From an uncultured Bacillota bacterium (lineage in GTDB: Bacteria; Bacillota_I; Bacilli_A; RF39; UBA660), in the NCBI GenBank assembly GCA_958428295.1, contig CAUAFL010000002.1, positions 2,297-66,296 on the forward strand: a stretch of DNA of 64,000 nt. The letters run 5' to 3'. Below the pieces are notes generated by a model. It did not search any database. It saw only the letters and a list, made by a program, of their open reading frames with translations, and was not told where the DNA came from. This document shows, in pieces, positions 54,163 through 64,000 of the stretch (position 1 is the first letter of the stretch; the number at the start of each line of letters is the position of its first letter). A program made the position numbers and the translations under genes.

Positions 54163-55449
54163 TTATTTTTGTTGTTTATTTTTTTGCTTTTTGTAAATTA
54201 TTACGAGCGTCGTTGCTAATATGACAATGACGATTAGCATGATGATCATCATTTGCATTGAGGCGGTAACCGGATTACCGATGACTTCTACTTTTAAAAT
54301 AAAGCGAATGTTATCCCCATCGGTGGCTGTTAAAGTAGCAATTCCTTCTTTTTTAGAGAAAATTTTCCCATCTTTTATTTCGGCAATACTATCATCACTA
54401 CTATGGAAAGCTAGTTTTTTTATAATATCAGGATAGGTTGTAAAAATATCTGTTAGCTTTTTTCTATCCTCTGGTTTCATGGTAATACTTTTTAGTTGTT
54501 CTATTTCATAATTGATTTTAGCGCCTTCTTCGATGATGTTTTTTCCTTTTTGGGGATATACGGTCCAAGTGTTTGTTTTATCAGCATAAATAGGGGTTGT
54601 ACTGATGCTAGCATTGGTAATACAGCTAATTTTACTATTTTTTAAAGCAATATAATTATCACCATACTGCTCACTAAAACTTGCTGGCTGTGGTTCATTG
54701 TAGAAGGCAGTGACTAGGGAGCAAGCCTTACTAGCGGCAATGTCAGCATTGTCAATCGTAATATTTAACTTTGGTTGATGATTGTATTCAAAATAAATTC
54801 CTTGTTGATATTGCGTATTTTCCGTAGTGATATTTTTGAAGTCAGCAATTAGCTTTGTGCTATTTTTGTTAATCAAAAGATGTATTAAATTATCAACAGT
54901 ACTATTCGTTACTTCTAAGTGATCAAGGTTAATCGTGGTTGTCGGTTGATAGGCATATAGATATAAACCAGGATTTTGGACTCTTTCCTCTGCATAGGGA
55001 ACTTGATTTAATTTTAAATTTTTTAGGTTGAGTGTAGTATATTCTGCAAAAGATGCTGCACCTTGATTAATCGTTAAATTTTCAACTGTTATAGTAGGTG
55101 TATTGGAAATAAAAAAATAAGAATTGATAATAGTTTTATCAATACCTGCTCCTTTAATCGTTATAGATTGCCAGATATTTTGATAACTATCATTATAATT
55201 AGGAATATCAATAACTATATATTCAGGCGGCATATAGTCACTGTGTTCTCCCGTGTAGGACTCTTCTTTCAATTCTAGGGTTAAACTAGCATCTTGGGGT
55301 GTAGTCCTACTTTGTGCGGCTTCTGTAATGGTTTTATAATCACAACCATCTTGACAAACTGTTAGGGTTACTGTTTCTTCTGCTTGCACTGTTTTTGGCA
55401 TGATTAGTGCTGCTAATAAAATAATTAACAAACATATTTTTTTCTTCAT
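54163..55449 (-). CDS. Surface protein paralog 3 (same architecture as 39022-41715 genes)
   Basis: Shared elements are LTVCQDGCDYKTI, NSKISC, DKTNTWTVYPQKGKNIIE and the Big_2-like LAFHSSDDSIAEIKDGKIFSKKEGIATLTA. The C-terminus is IGNPVTASMQMMIIMLIVIVILATTLVIIYKKQKNKQQK. I set the start at the MKKK ATG after GGAGAG. Confidence 0.7.
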   Translation of the reverse strand: MKKKICLLIILLAALIMPKTVQAEETVTLTVCQDGCDYKTITEAAQSRTTPQDASLTLELKEESYTGEHSDYMPPEYIVIDIPNYNDSYQNIWQSITIKGAGIDKTIINSYFFISNTPTITVENLTINQGAASFAEYTTLNLKNLKLNQVPYAEERVQNPGLYLYAYQPTTTINLDHLEVTNSTVDNLIHLLINKNSTKLIADFKNITTENTQYQQGIYFEYNHQPKLNITIDNADIAASKACSLVTAFYNEPQPASFSEQYGDNYIALKNSKISCITNASISTTPIYADKTNTWTVYPQKGKNIIEEGAKINYEIEQLKSITMKPEDRKKLTDIFTTYPDIIKKLAFHSSDDSIAEIKDGKIFSKKEGIATLTATDGDNIRFILKVEVIGNPVTASMQMMIIMLIVIVILATTLVIIYKKQKNKQQK

Positions 55450-55614
55450 TTCTTCTCTCTCCATTCTTATCTTTTCTTTACTATAACATAATTTCTTACT
55501 AATTGGTGATTATTTTTTATTAATTGACGTTAATTAGCCTTTCCTTTTTGGCAATCCTTTGTATTATATAACGGTTTATGTTATATTGAAACTAAGAAGG
55601 GGTAGTGATGAGAG

Positions 55615-58224
55615 ATGTTGGTCTTAAAAAAAGTTAGTAGAGTTTATGAAACAAAGAATAAGATCAAAACCAAAGCGCTAGCCGATGTTTCTTTACAGTT
55701 TGGTGATTGTGGCTTTGTTTTCCTAGTCGGTGAAAGTGGTAGTGGAAAAAGTACTTTATTAAATATGATTGGCGGATTAGATCGTCCCGATCAAGGGGAA
55801 GTCATCGTTTGTGATAAGAGTATGAAATACTTTAAGGAAAAAGATTATGATTACTATCGTAATACTTATGTAGGATTTATTTTTCAAGAATTTTATTTAT
55901 TAGAAGAGTATAATGTATATGATAATATTCGCCTCGCTTTAGAATTACAAAAAGAAGTACCTACCCAAGAAGAACTTGATTTTTTGCTTTCACGCGTTGG
56001 ATTAGCTGGTTTGGGGTTGCGTCATATAAATGAATTATCGGGGGGACAGAAACAACGAGTAGCAATAGCGCGAGCATTGATCAAAAAACCGATGATGATC
56101 TTGGCTGATGAACCAACAGGTGCTCTTGATTCTAAAACTAGTCAGCAGATTTTTATGCTGTTAAAAGAGATTAGTAAGAATACTTTAGTCATTGTCGTAT
56201 CTCATGACATTACTGCTGCTAAATTGTATGGCGATCGTATTATTACTTTGCAAGATGGCAAAGTAGTTTCAGATCGTTCGCAACAAATAGTTGGTACTAC
56301 ACAGCAAGCTTTTGTAGTACAACCGTCGAAGCTTCCCTTGAAAGCTAGTTTTCATTTAGCCCTATCTAACTTAAAACAAAAAAAAATTCGTCTTGGCTTG
56401 ACGATTATTTTAATTATTTGTTCTTTAGTATTTTTTGGTATGAGCTTATGTTTTTCCCATTTAAATTTGACAGTAGCTCATGCTAATACTCTTTCTAGTG
56501 AGAAGATTGATACTTTTTATATTACTAAAAATGAACGGCAATATGATGGTCAATATTATGCGGAAGGCAATAAGCTTTCGTTTACATCATCAGAGATTGA
56601 AAAGGTCAATCAAAAACTTTCAAAGAAGGCACTTTTGGCTCACGAAGTATATGATGATAACCGTTTAGCGGGCTTTTCGTTATCTTATCAACAGAAAAAG
56701 AAAATTCCGGCTTATTATATGCACTTAGTACCAGCTTATTATGTGGTAGAAACGGATCAGTTTGCGTCTTTATTAGCAGGAAGGTCTCCCAAGTCTTTAG
56801 AGGAAGTAGTGATTGGTCGTTATTTAGCGGATTTAATGATGTTTTATGGCGTGCAGGTGTATCAAGAGAGAAGTCCTGATGTTAGTGAAAGCTCGTTATA
56901 TTTTCCAAAGAGTTATGAAGAGTTGGTAACGAGTGAAAAGGATCTTGCTTTTGGGACTACCAAAGTAAGGGTAGTAGGTATTCTAAAGCAGGATGTTAGT
57001 AAGTTTTATAAGGAGCCTTATCTTAGTAGTACTTATCAGGAACTTTCTTTTGATAAGCAGCATCAACAGGTGTTAAGTCAATTAGCGAATTTTTTTCCGT
57101 ATGAATTTGTCTATGCGAAAGAAGGTTTTATTGAGCACCTTGCAACGAAAGAAAATGACACGGTCATGGGCTTAGGCACCAAGGATACGCTTCAAAAACT
57201 GACTTATCAAGGGAAGAAGTATTCTTTTATGAGTTCATTACAGTATTTGCATCAACCGATTTCTATCTATGATGGTCATTCTATGGTTACGATTTCTCAG
57301 TTAGAAAAAGGACAGCTAGTGATTAATGAAAACTTTTTAACTCAAATTGATACGACGTTTACCAAACGTTTAACTGACTATGTCAAACAGCAGCAGCAAA
57401 AACAACAACTTTTATTACAACAAGGGGGAGAAGCAGTTTTATCATATCAATTTCAAAGTGAAGAAGAATTAAAGGAAGACTTTATTAAAAATTATTTGCA
57501 GGAACAAAAACTTATTGGGGCGACGGTGTCTTTTCAAATACCGAAGGATTCTACGCAAGATCAAGTTTATCAAAATCTTCGCGATCTTCGTATTGTTGGT
57601 TATACCGATTCACTATTTGCTGATTGTCTCTATTTTTCTAAAGCAGATCTGAAGGATTTGGTGTTACCTAAGAGTAATACCCGTATATTAATCTATCAAG
57701 AGAAAAATGCTTCTCATTATCAAGAAGTATTAACGGCATATCCTATTAATCATAGTCAATATACCCTAGAGACTCCTTATAGTGCTTCTTTGAATGGTCT
57801 GGAAAGTAATGTTCATTACTTTTCCAAGATTGCCTTTTATGTGAGTATTGTTTTTATGCTATTTGCGGTATTATTATTGACAAACTTTATTAGTAGTAGT
57901 GTTAGTAGTAGTAAGCGCCAAATTGGTATTTTACGGGCTATTGGTACTAAAAAGTATGATGTTTTTAAAGTTTTTTTGCAAGAAGGCTTGGTGATTGGCT
58001 TAGTTTCCTTATTATTTGCCGTTATTCTTTGCTTTGGACTATGTTACTATGGCAATAATATCTTACAAACAGAGTTTTTCTTCGTTGTTCGTCCCTTTAT
58101 TTTTTATCCCTATTTAATTGGTTATCTATTGATCTTTGTCTTAGTCGTTGTATTCCTTTCCTGTTTAGTGCCAGTTTTTAAAATTTCTAAAATGAAGCCA
58201 ATTGATGCTATTTTGAATAAATAA
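55615..58224 (+). CDS. Fused ABC transporter: N-terminal ATPase, large extracytoplasmic region, C-terminal FtsX-type permease (MacB-like)
   Basis: Walker [10 protein letters not shown], signature [15 protein letters not shown], Walker [15 protein letters not shown] lies at ~aa 255, followed by a ~470-aa loop, and the C-terminal FtsX helices carry [13 protein letters not shown]. Confidence 0.85.
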   Translation: MLVLKKVSRVYETKNKIKTKALADVSLQFGDCGFVFLVGESGSGKSTLLNMIGGLDRPDQGEVIVCDKSMKYFKEKDYDYYRNTYVGFIFQEFYLLEEYNVYDNIRLALELQKEVPTQEELDFLLSRVGLAGLGLRHINELSGGQKQRVAIARALIKKPMMILADEPTGALDSKTSQQIFMLLKEISKNTLVIVVSHDITAAKLYGDRIITLQDGKVVSDRSQQIVGTTQQAFVVQPSKLPLKASFHLALSNLKQKKIRLGLTIILIICSLVFFGMSLCFSHLNLTVAHANTLSSEKIDTFYITKNERQYDGQYYAEGNKLSFTSSEIEKVNQKLSKKALLAHEVYDDNRLAGFSLSYQQKKKIPAYYMHLVPAYYVVETDQFASLLAGRSPKSLEEVVIGRYLADLMMFYGVQVYQERSPDVSESSLYFPKSYEELVTSEKDLAFGTTKVRVVGILKQDVSKFYKEPYLSSTYQELSFDKQHQQVLSQLANFFPYEFVYAKEGFIEHLATKENDTVMGLGTKDTLQKLTYQGKKYSFMSSLQYLHQPISIYDGHSMVTISQLEKGQLVINENFLTQIDTTFTKRLTDYVKQQQQKQQLLLQQGGEAVLSYQFQSEEELKEDFIKNYLQEQKLIGATVSFQIPKDSTQDQVYQNLRDLRIVGYTDSLFADCLYFSKADLKDLVLPKSNTRILIYQEKNASHYQEVLTAYPINHSQYTLETPYSASLNGLESNVHYFSKIAFYVSIVFMLFAVLLLTNFISSSVSSSKRQIGILRAIGTKKYDVFKVFLQEGLVIGLVSLLFAVILCFGLCYYGNNILQTEFFFVVRPFIFYPYLIGYLLIFVLVVVFLSCLVPVFKISKMKPIDAILNK

Positions 58225-58254
58225 AAAGGAGTGGTAAACCGTATTCCTTCTTTT

Positions 58255-59175
58255 TTAGTTGCTTATATTTTGCATTTCTCGATAAATCACTTCGTTGTAA
58301 TTGTGTTGTTCCACTTCTAATTTTTTTAATTCTGTTGTGGTAATTAAGAAAAAGTCATATTCTAATAAGTCAGTGCCATCTTTGGTAATAGGATCGTCCC
58401 ATGTTAGATCTAAGTGGTACCAATTACCGTCTAAATAAAGACCGTTCCATACATGATTTTCACTGGCAATTTTATAATTCTTTAAATGTAAATCTTCTAA
58501 AAATAAAGCCATCGCATCCGTATAACCTCCACATAAACTGTATCCTTGTAATAAAGTACCATAGGCAGTGTCGGATTTATATTCTACAATCGCCTGATCA
58601 CTTCTTTGCGAATCATATTTGCTGTGATTAATGATATAATTGTGAGCTTCTTTGATCTTTTCCTGTTGGCTCATGTTGTCATTCCAGATTTCTTGTTCAA
58701 TGCTTTTGATTTTAGCACTTAATAATTCTATGTCATTAGCGCTATAAATGGGATTGATATGTAGTGATATTTTTCCGTATTCGTCATAAGTTGTCTCTAA
58801 ATTTTTAAAACTATTAAATGGATGGACAAAGTTATTGATCGTTGATAAAATTGTTTGATCATTGGCAATATCTTTTATATCTTCAATACAATTTTCATAA
58901 CGATCAGGGCAATAAAAGGAAAATTCTTTTTTACCCGCATTGAGTACGGTGTAATAAATATTTAGTAAGTCTTGCTTCTTTTGTGGTTGAAAAGAATTTG
59001 TTAGTTGAACGTAATCAAAACTGGTTGTTTTGGCATAATTATTTGTATTATTAAGGCGAATGGTTTGTTCATTTTTATTGAAAATTGTTTGATATAGTTG
59101 GTAAAGAGGACTACGAAACAGATAGGTAAGTCCTAGTAATAGTAGTAAAAGAAACAAGGTTAAGTATTTTTTCAT
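58255..59175 (-). CDS. Transglutaminase-like (papain-fold) domain protein, N-terminally anchored/secreted
   Basis: It has an N-terminal hydrophobic leader. The Cys-His-Asp core context is CGGYTDAMALFL, NHVWNGLYLDGNWYHLDLTWDD. Confidence 0.75.
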   Translation of the reverse strand: MKKYLTLFLLLLLLGLTYLFRSPLYQLYQTIFNKNEQTIRLNNTNNYAKTTSFDYVQLTNSFQPQKKQDLLNIYYTVLNAGKKEFSFYCPDRYENCIEDIKDIANDQTILSTINNFVHPFNSFKNLETTYDEYGKISLHINPIYSANDIELLSAKIKSIEQEIWNDNMSQQEKIKEAHNYIINHSKYDSQRSDQAIVEYKSDTAYGTLLQGYSLCGGYTDAMALFLEDLHLKNYKIASENHVWNGLYLDGNWYHLDLTWDDPITKDGTDLLEYDFFLITTTELKKLEVEQHNYNEVIYREMQNISN

Positions 59176-59293
59176 AAGTCATCTCCTTAGTATATTGTAG
59201 CAAGCTCTTAGGGGTTTGTAAATGTTCGTCAGAAGGTTTTAGTTGAAAAAAAAGCTTAATTGTGATAAAATAAGAGCACTAAAAGGGGGGATC

Positions 59294-60163
59294 ATGATGA
59301 GGTTTCAAAATAGTGAGCAGTTAAAAGGTTTTTTGAAGAATGAACAAAAGCGTTTGGGCATTAGTAATGTGAATGTGTATAGCACTTATTTATCTAGATT
59401 GCTATTAGAACGCCTTAGTCAAATTCCATATAAAAATATTGTTGTTAAGGGAAGTTTTTCTCAGTTGGTGCACTTAGGCAAAATGGTTCGAGCAGTTACG
59501 GATGTTGATTTAGCTAGCAAAGAAGGACATCATAATCCAATGTTGGAATTAAATGAAGCAATGTGTTTAAATGAACAAACAGGCCTTAGTTATGATTATC
59601 GAAAAAAACCTGATATTACTAAAACGGGCGTTTATAAAATTTATTTATGGTGTACTATCGATAAACTAAAATATCCTTTGGGAATTGATTTTCGGGAACA
59701 ACATCCTTGTATCTATGAGGTGCAGCGAAAAGAGGTACCTGCTGTTTTTAAAGGGGATCAACCTTATTCTGTATTAGTTCCTTCTTATGAAGAGCACTTG
59801 GCTGAAAAATTATGTATTATTTCGGAGAGTAGAAAAACAGATGTTTTAAATACTAGGGTAAAAGATTTCTATGACATCTATCAGTTACATGGGGGACGTT
59901 ATGATTTAGATAAGTTTTCTTATTATTTTGAAAAAATGCTGAGTGATCGAAATAAAATGGGGAATAATGCGTTGACTACGGAGTATTTAAATCAAGAATT
60001 CATCAAAGATCATCAAAAAATTTGGGATAGTACGAAGGTAAAATATGATTTTCTTGATTCATCTATTGATTTTGCTGGTAGTGTGTATTATACAAGAAGC
60101 GTATTGTCAGAACAAATTCAAAGAATTAAACAAGGAAAGAACAAGGTTTATACCTTACAATAA
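59294..60163 (+). CDS. AbiEii/AbiGii-family (DUF1814) nucleotidyltransferase, toxin-like, with no adjacent antitoxin gene
   Basis: The N-terminal pattern EQLKGFLKNEQKRLGISNVNVYSTYLSRLLLERLS...VVKGSFS....R.VTDVDL is typical of this family. ATG 59294 follows AAGGGGGG, so the TTG at 59243 in the ORF track is less likely. Confidence 0.6.
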   Translation: MMRFQNSEQLKGFLKNEQKRLGISNVNVYSTYLSRLLLERLSQIPYKNIVVKGSFSQLVHLGKMVRAVTDVDLASKEGHHNPMLELNEAMCLNEQTGLSYDYRKKPDITKTGVYKIYLWCTIDKLKYPLGIDFREQHPCIYEVQRKEVPAVFKGDQPYSVLVPSYEEHLAEKLCIISESRKTDVLNTRVKDFYDIYQLHGGRYDLDKFSYYFEKMLSDRNKMGNNALTTEYLNQEFIKDHQKIWDSTKVKYDFLDSSIDFAGSVYYTRSVLSEQIQRIKQGKNKVYTLQ

Positions 60164-60187
60164 ATTGTATTTAGTTGTCAAATCGAG

Positions 60188-60216
60188 AGAAAAAGTTGCG
60201 AAAACTTTTTCTTTTT
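60188..60216 (+). terminator. Rho-independent terminator after the AbiEii-like gene
   Basis: A perfect 10-bp stem AGAAAAAGTT / AACTTTTTCT with a 5-nt loop, followed by TTTT. Confidence 0.7.
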
Positions 60217-60224
60217 GATAGAAT
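60196..60224 (+). promoter_or_regulatory. Sigma-A promoter TTGCGA-17-TAGAAT with extended -10 TG, for parEC
   Basis: -35 at 60196-60201 (inside the terminator loop) and TGATAGAAT at 60216-60224. Confidence 0.5.
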
Positions 60225-60300
60225 GTTAATAGAAGAATAAAGGGTTACAAAGTGCAAGAGAATTGTCTCTTTTTTTTAGGACAGCGACGGGAGTGGTTAT

Positions 60301-62208
60301 ATGGCAGCAAAGTATGATGATAATTCAATTAAAATTTTAGAAGGCTTAGAAGCAGTGCGTAAACGCCCAGGAATGTATATTGGTTCCACTGATAAAAAGG
60401 GGCTTCATCATTTAGTATGGGAAATTGTCGATAATTCTATTGATGAAGCGATCAATGGATTTGGGAATCATATTGTTATCACGATTCATAAAGATAAAAG
60501 TATTAGTATTAGTGATGAGGGACGTGGTGTTCCTGTTGGAATGCATGCTTCCGGGAAACCAACACCTGAAGTGATTTATACGGTACTTCATGCCGGCGGT
60601 AAGTTTGAAGAAGCAGGGTATAAAGTTTCTGGTGGTCTTCATGGTGTAGGTGGTAGTGTTGTCAATGCGCTTTCAAAATGGATGGAAGTAACTATTAAAC
60701 GTGATAAAGGGGAATACTATATTCGTTTTGAAGATGGCGGTAAAGTGGCTGTTCCTTTGAAAAAAATCGGGACTACGAACAAAACTGGTACGACAGTACG
60801 TTTTTTGCCGGATAATAATATTTTTTCGACGATTAATGTTTCTTATACTACTATTTGTGAGCGCATGCAAGAATCGGCTTTTCTTTTGAAAGGACTTACG
60901 ATTGAAGTCATTGATGAAGAGGATGATCGGGTTGCTAAGTATTGTTATGAAAAGGGGTTGGAAGCCTTTGTTGAATATTTAAATGAGGATAGAACAACCC
61001 TTCATCAAACGCTTACCTTTGAAGGAATGAAAGATCGTATTGATGTATCTCTTGCTATGCAATATACGGATACTTATCAGGAAAATATTGTCTCTTTTGT
61101 CAATAATGTGAAAACAAGTGATGGTGGAAGTCACGAAGTAGGGTTTAAGACTGCTTTAACTAGAGTCTTTAATGATTATGCTAAAACCAATGGTTTTATT
61201 AAAGGAAAAGAGAAAGCTTTAGAGGGTGCCGATGTACGAGAGGGCTTGACGGCTGTTATCAGTTTAAGAATTCCTGAGGAATTGTTGCAATTTGAAGGAC
61301 AGACGAAGGCTAAACTAGGAACTCCGCAGGCAAGAACTGCCGTAGAGTCAATTGTCAGTGAAAAATTACAATTTTTCTTAGAAGAAAATAAAGTTGTTGC
61401 GACAGATATTATTACGAAATCTTTAAAAAGTAAAATAGCTCGCGAAGCAGCTCGCAAAGCCCGCGAGGAAGCACGCAAGGGAAAAAGTAAAAATCCAAGA
61501 GAGCGAGCTTTATCTGGCAAGTTAACTCCAGCTCAATCGAAAGATAAAACTAAGAAAGAATTGTTTTTAGTCGAAGGGGATTCTGCGGGAGGATCAGCGA
61601 AACAAGGTCGAGATCGTCGTTATCAGGCTATTTTACCGTTACGAGGAAAAGTATTGAATACGGAAAAAGCCAAAGTAGATGATATATTAAAAAATGAAGA
61701 AATTAATACGATGATTTATACCATTGGAGCGGGGTATGGTGCTAATTTTGATATTGATGATTGTGAATATGCTAAAGTAATCATTATGAGTGATGCGGAT
61801 GAAGATGGAGGTCATATTCAGTGCTTGTTGTTAACCTTTTTTTATCGTTATATGCGTCCTTTAATTGAAGATGGACGGTTATTTGTGGCGTTACCACCGT
61901 TATTTAAAATTCAAAGTGGTAAGACAATAGACTATGCTTATTCTGTGGAAGAAATGAAAGAAAAGTCTAAAAATAAAAAGTGTGAAATTCAACGTTACAA
62001 AGGATTAGGCGAGATGAATGCCGATCAGTTATGTGAGACGACAATGCAAAAAGGGACCAGAACTTTAATTCGGGTTAACATTGAGGATGCACAATTAGCT
62101 GAAAAACGCGTGTCAATTTTGATGGGGGACGATGTACCGCCCCGTAAAGAGTGGATAGAAGAAAATGTAGAATTTTCTTTGGAAGATGATTATGATGTGG
62201 TTTCATAA
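60301..62208 (+). CDS. parE: DNA topoisomerase IV subunit B
   Basis: The GHKL ATPase shows LEGLEAVRKRPGMYIGS, HHLVWEIVDNSIDE and GLHGVG. The Toprim motifs are EGDSAGG and IMSDADEDGGHI. It is paired with a ParC-type A subunit. Confidence 0.85.
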   Translation: MAAKYDDNSIKILEGLEAVRKRPGMYIGSTDKKGLHHLVWEIVDNSIDEAINGFGNHIVITIHKDKSISISDEGRGVPVGMHASGKPTPEVIYTVLHAGGKFEEAGYKVSGGLHGVGGSVVNALSKWMEVTIKRDKGEYYIRFEDGGKVAVPLKKIGTTNKTGTTVRFLPDNNIFSTINVSYTTICERMQESAFLLKGLTIEVIDEEDDRVAKYCYEKGLEAFVEYLNEDRTTLHQTLTFEGMKDRIDVSLAMQYTDTYQENIVSFVNNVKTSDGGSHEVGFKTALTRVFNDYAKTNGFIKGKEKALEGADVREGLTAVISLRIPEELLQFEGQTKAKLGTPQARTAVESIVSEKLQFFLEENKVVATDIITKSLKSKIAREAARKAREEARKGKSKNPRERALSGKLTPAQSKDKTKKELFLVEGDSAGGSAKQGRDRRYQAILPLRGKVLNTEKAKVDDILKNEEINTMIYTIGAGYGANFDIDDCEYAKVIIMSDADEDGGHIQCLLLTFFYRYMRPLIEDGRLFVALPPLFKIQSGKTIDYAYSVEEMKEKSKNKKCEIQRYKGLGEMNADQLCETTMQKGTRTLIRVNIEDAQLAEKRVSILMGDDVPPRKEWIEENVEFSLEDDYDVVS

Positions 62209-62220
62209 GGTGGTGAGGTT

Positions 62221-64000
62221 ATGGTGAAGAAGAAAACAGATACGGAGAAAATTATCGAGAAAATTCGTGATTATACTTTAGAAGATATTATGGGGGAACG
62301 CTTTGGTAGTTACTCTAAATATATTATTCAAGATCGGGCAATTCCTGATGCCCGGGATGGTTTGAAGCCGGTGCAAAGGCGCATTCTTTATTCTATGTTT
62401 AAGGAACGAAATACTTATGACAGAGGATATCGAAAAAGTGCTAAAACCGTAGGAGATGTTATTGGTAATTATCATCCTCACGGTGATACTTCTATTTATG
62501 ATGCGATGGTTAGGATGAGTCAAAATTGGAAACAGCGGCTTCCTTATATTGATATGCATGGAAATAATGGTTCCCTTGATGGGGATAGTCCGGCTGCTTA
62601 CCGTTATACGGAAGCACGTCTTTCAAAAATTTCTAATGAAATGGTAAGAGATATTAATAAGGATACAGTCGAATTTAGTCCCAACTTTGATGATACTACC
62701 AAGGAACCAACGGTGTTACCAGCGCGGTTTCCTGCTTTATTAGTCTATGGAGCGCAAGGTATTTCTGCCGGTTATGCAACAAATATTCCGCCTCATAACT
62801 TAGGAGAAATCATTGATGCTACAATTTATAAAATCGATAATCCCAATAGTTCTCTTGATACTTTAATGAAGTATGTGAAAGGACCTGACTTTCCAACGGG
62901 AGGAATTGTTGAGGGATTAAGTGGTATTCGACAGGCTTATGAGACAGGACGTGGCCGTATTGTAGTAAAGAGTAAGTATCATTATGAAGAACAAGGGGGA
63001 AGGACTTCGTTAATTATCACAGAAATTCCCTTTGAAGTGAATAAAGCATTATTGGTTAAAAAAATTGATGATATTCGACTTGATAAAAAAATTGATGGTA
63101 TCGTAGAAGTTCGGGATGAATCAGCACAGGATATCCGTATTGCTATTGATCTTAAAAAGGGCGCTCATAAAGAGTTGATTGTTAACTACTTATTAAAAAA
63201 TACCGATCTGCAAATTAGCTACCACTTTAATATGGTCTCTATTGTCAATAAGCGTCCACGTCTTTTAGGGTTAGTAGCAGCCTTACAGGCCTTTATTGTC
63301 CATCAAAAAGAGGTCATTATAAGGCGTAGTCAATTTGATTTAGCACATGCAGAGAGTGAGTTACACATTGTCGAAGGGTTGATAAAATGTCTTTCTATTT
63401 TAGATGAAGTTATTCAGGTGATTCGCTCTAGTAAAAATAAAATTGATGCTAAAGAAAATTTGGTTCGCGAATTTGCTTTTTCCATGGAACAAGCAGAAGC
63501 AATTGTGACTTTGCAACTTTATCGTTTAACGAATACTGATGTTGTGGAATTAGAACAGCGAATGACTACGCTTTCTAAAATTATTGAAGGTCTAACAGCT
63601 ATTTTAGGAAACGATGAAGTCTTAAAGCAAGTGATGAAGGAAGAACTAAACAAAGTTAAAAAGGAGTATGACCAGCCGCGTCTTACGGAAATTAAAGAGG
63701 AGATTACAGAAATTAAAATTGATACAACGGTTATGATTCCTAAAGAAGAGACCATTGTAACCATTAGTAGAGATGGTTATTTAAAACGAACAGGACTTAG
63801 AAGTTATAGTGCTACCTCTTTAGAAGAACCAACCTTAAAGGAACATGACTATCTGTTAGGAATTTTTCAAATGAATACCCAAGATACGCTATTGGTGTTT
63901 ACTTCTTTTGGTAATTATTTGTTTATCCCTGTTTATACTATCTATGATTTAAAATGGAAAGAATTAGGAAAACACGTGAGTAATTTGGTGCCTTTAGCGC
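62221..64000 (+). CDS. parC: DNA topoisomerase IV subunit A, N-terminal ~593 aa (3' end lies outside the window)
   Basis: My hand translation is [59 protein letters not shown]...GNYHPHGD...[30 protein letters not shown] is the ParC-type signature, whereas GyrA has GQGNFGS. The frame stays open to the window end, which is why it is absent from the ORF track. Confidence 0.85.
   Translation, partial: MVKKKTDTEKIIEKIRDYTLEDIMGERFGSYSKYIIQDRAIPDARDGLKPVQRRILYSMFKERNTYDRGYRKSAKTVGDVIGNYHPHGDTSIYDAMVRMSQNWKQRLPYIDMHGNNGSLDGDSPAAYRYTEARLSKISNEMVRDINKDTVEFSPNFDDTTKEPTVLPARFPALLVYGAQGISAGYATNIPPHNLGEIIDATIYKIDNPNSSLDTLMKYVKGPDFPTGGIVEGLSGIRQAYETGRGRIVVKSKYHYEEQGGRTSLIITEIPFEVNKALLVKKIDDIRLDKKIDGIVEVRDESAQDIRIAIDLKKGAHKELIVNYLLKNTDLQISYHFNMVSIVNKRPRLLGLVAALQAFIVHQKEVIIRRSQFDLAHAESELHIVEGLIKCLSILDEVIQVIRSSKNKIDAKENLVREFAFSMEQAEAIVTLQLYRLTNTDVVELEQRMTTLSKIIEGLTAILGNDEVLKQVMKEELNKVKKEYDQPRLTEIKEEITEIKIDTTVMIPKEETIVTISRDGYLKRTGLRSYSATSLEEPTLKEHDYLLGIFQMNTQDTLLVFTSFGNYLFIPVYTIYDLKWKELGKHVSNLVPLA

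Noticed and set aside
60412-61520. Several 65-114-aa antisense ORFs lie within parE. Similar antisense ORFs occur inside pheT, tgt, asnS and other confident genes.
   Set aside because: They are embedded antisense in highly conserved genes and lack RBS or recognisable motifs. They are typical spurious ORFs in AT-rich genomes.

Overview
This is a low-GC Bacillota chromosome segment. Hand counts of sample 60-nt lines give roughly 35-45% G+C. The organism is an endospore-former, because spoIIGA-sigE, a SpoVID-like gene and a YsxE/CotS-like gene are present. Most genes are + strand housekeeping genes. In order, the window holds: the trpS 3' end; a DUF368 membrane protein; lon; spoVID-like and ysxE-like genes; a Fur-family / [FeFe]-hydrogenase / rubrerythrin operon with a perfect Fur-type box; a cell-envelope locus (LCP protein, dockerin-bearing glucosaminidase, membrane-anchored cohesin protein, phosphodiester glycosidase); tRNA-Leu(GAG) followed by a ~4.8 kb very AT-rich island carrying a two-component system plus a MacB-like ABC exporter; GNAT/radical-SAM genes; T-box-asnS; spoIIGA-sigE; a glycan cluster (GT4, split Alg14/Alg13-like GT, Wzy-like, GT2, rfbACD) that runs into a rubredoxin-GltS-like fusion; rplU-prp-rpmA; two tandem paralogous surface proteins with a third inverted copy 12.4 kb away; obg; rimM-trmD-tgt; frr; T-box-pheST; a fused ABC transporter; a transglutaminase-like protein; an orphan AbiEii-like nucleotidyltransferase; and parE-parC. 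I saw no CRISPR array, rRNA, transposase, integrase or phage structural genes. The most interesting observations are: (1) the three-member beta-helix/Big_2 surface-protein family, which has divergent N-termini, ~90% identical 3' ends and a conserved NPVT[AT]S + TM + Lys-tail motif resembling a non-canonical sortase signal; (2) an adjacent dockerin-autolysin / cohesin-anchor pair; (3) the Fur-box-controlled hydrogenase-rubrerythrin operon; (4) the tRNA-adjacent AT-rich island; and (5) the orphan AbiEii. All functional calls rest on motif recognition by eye, since no searches were run.
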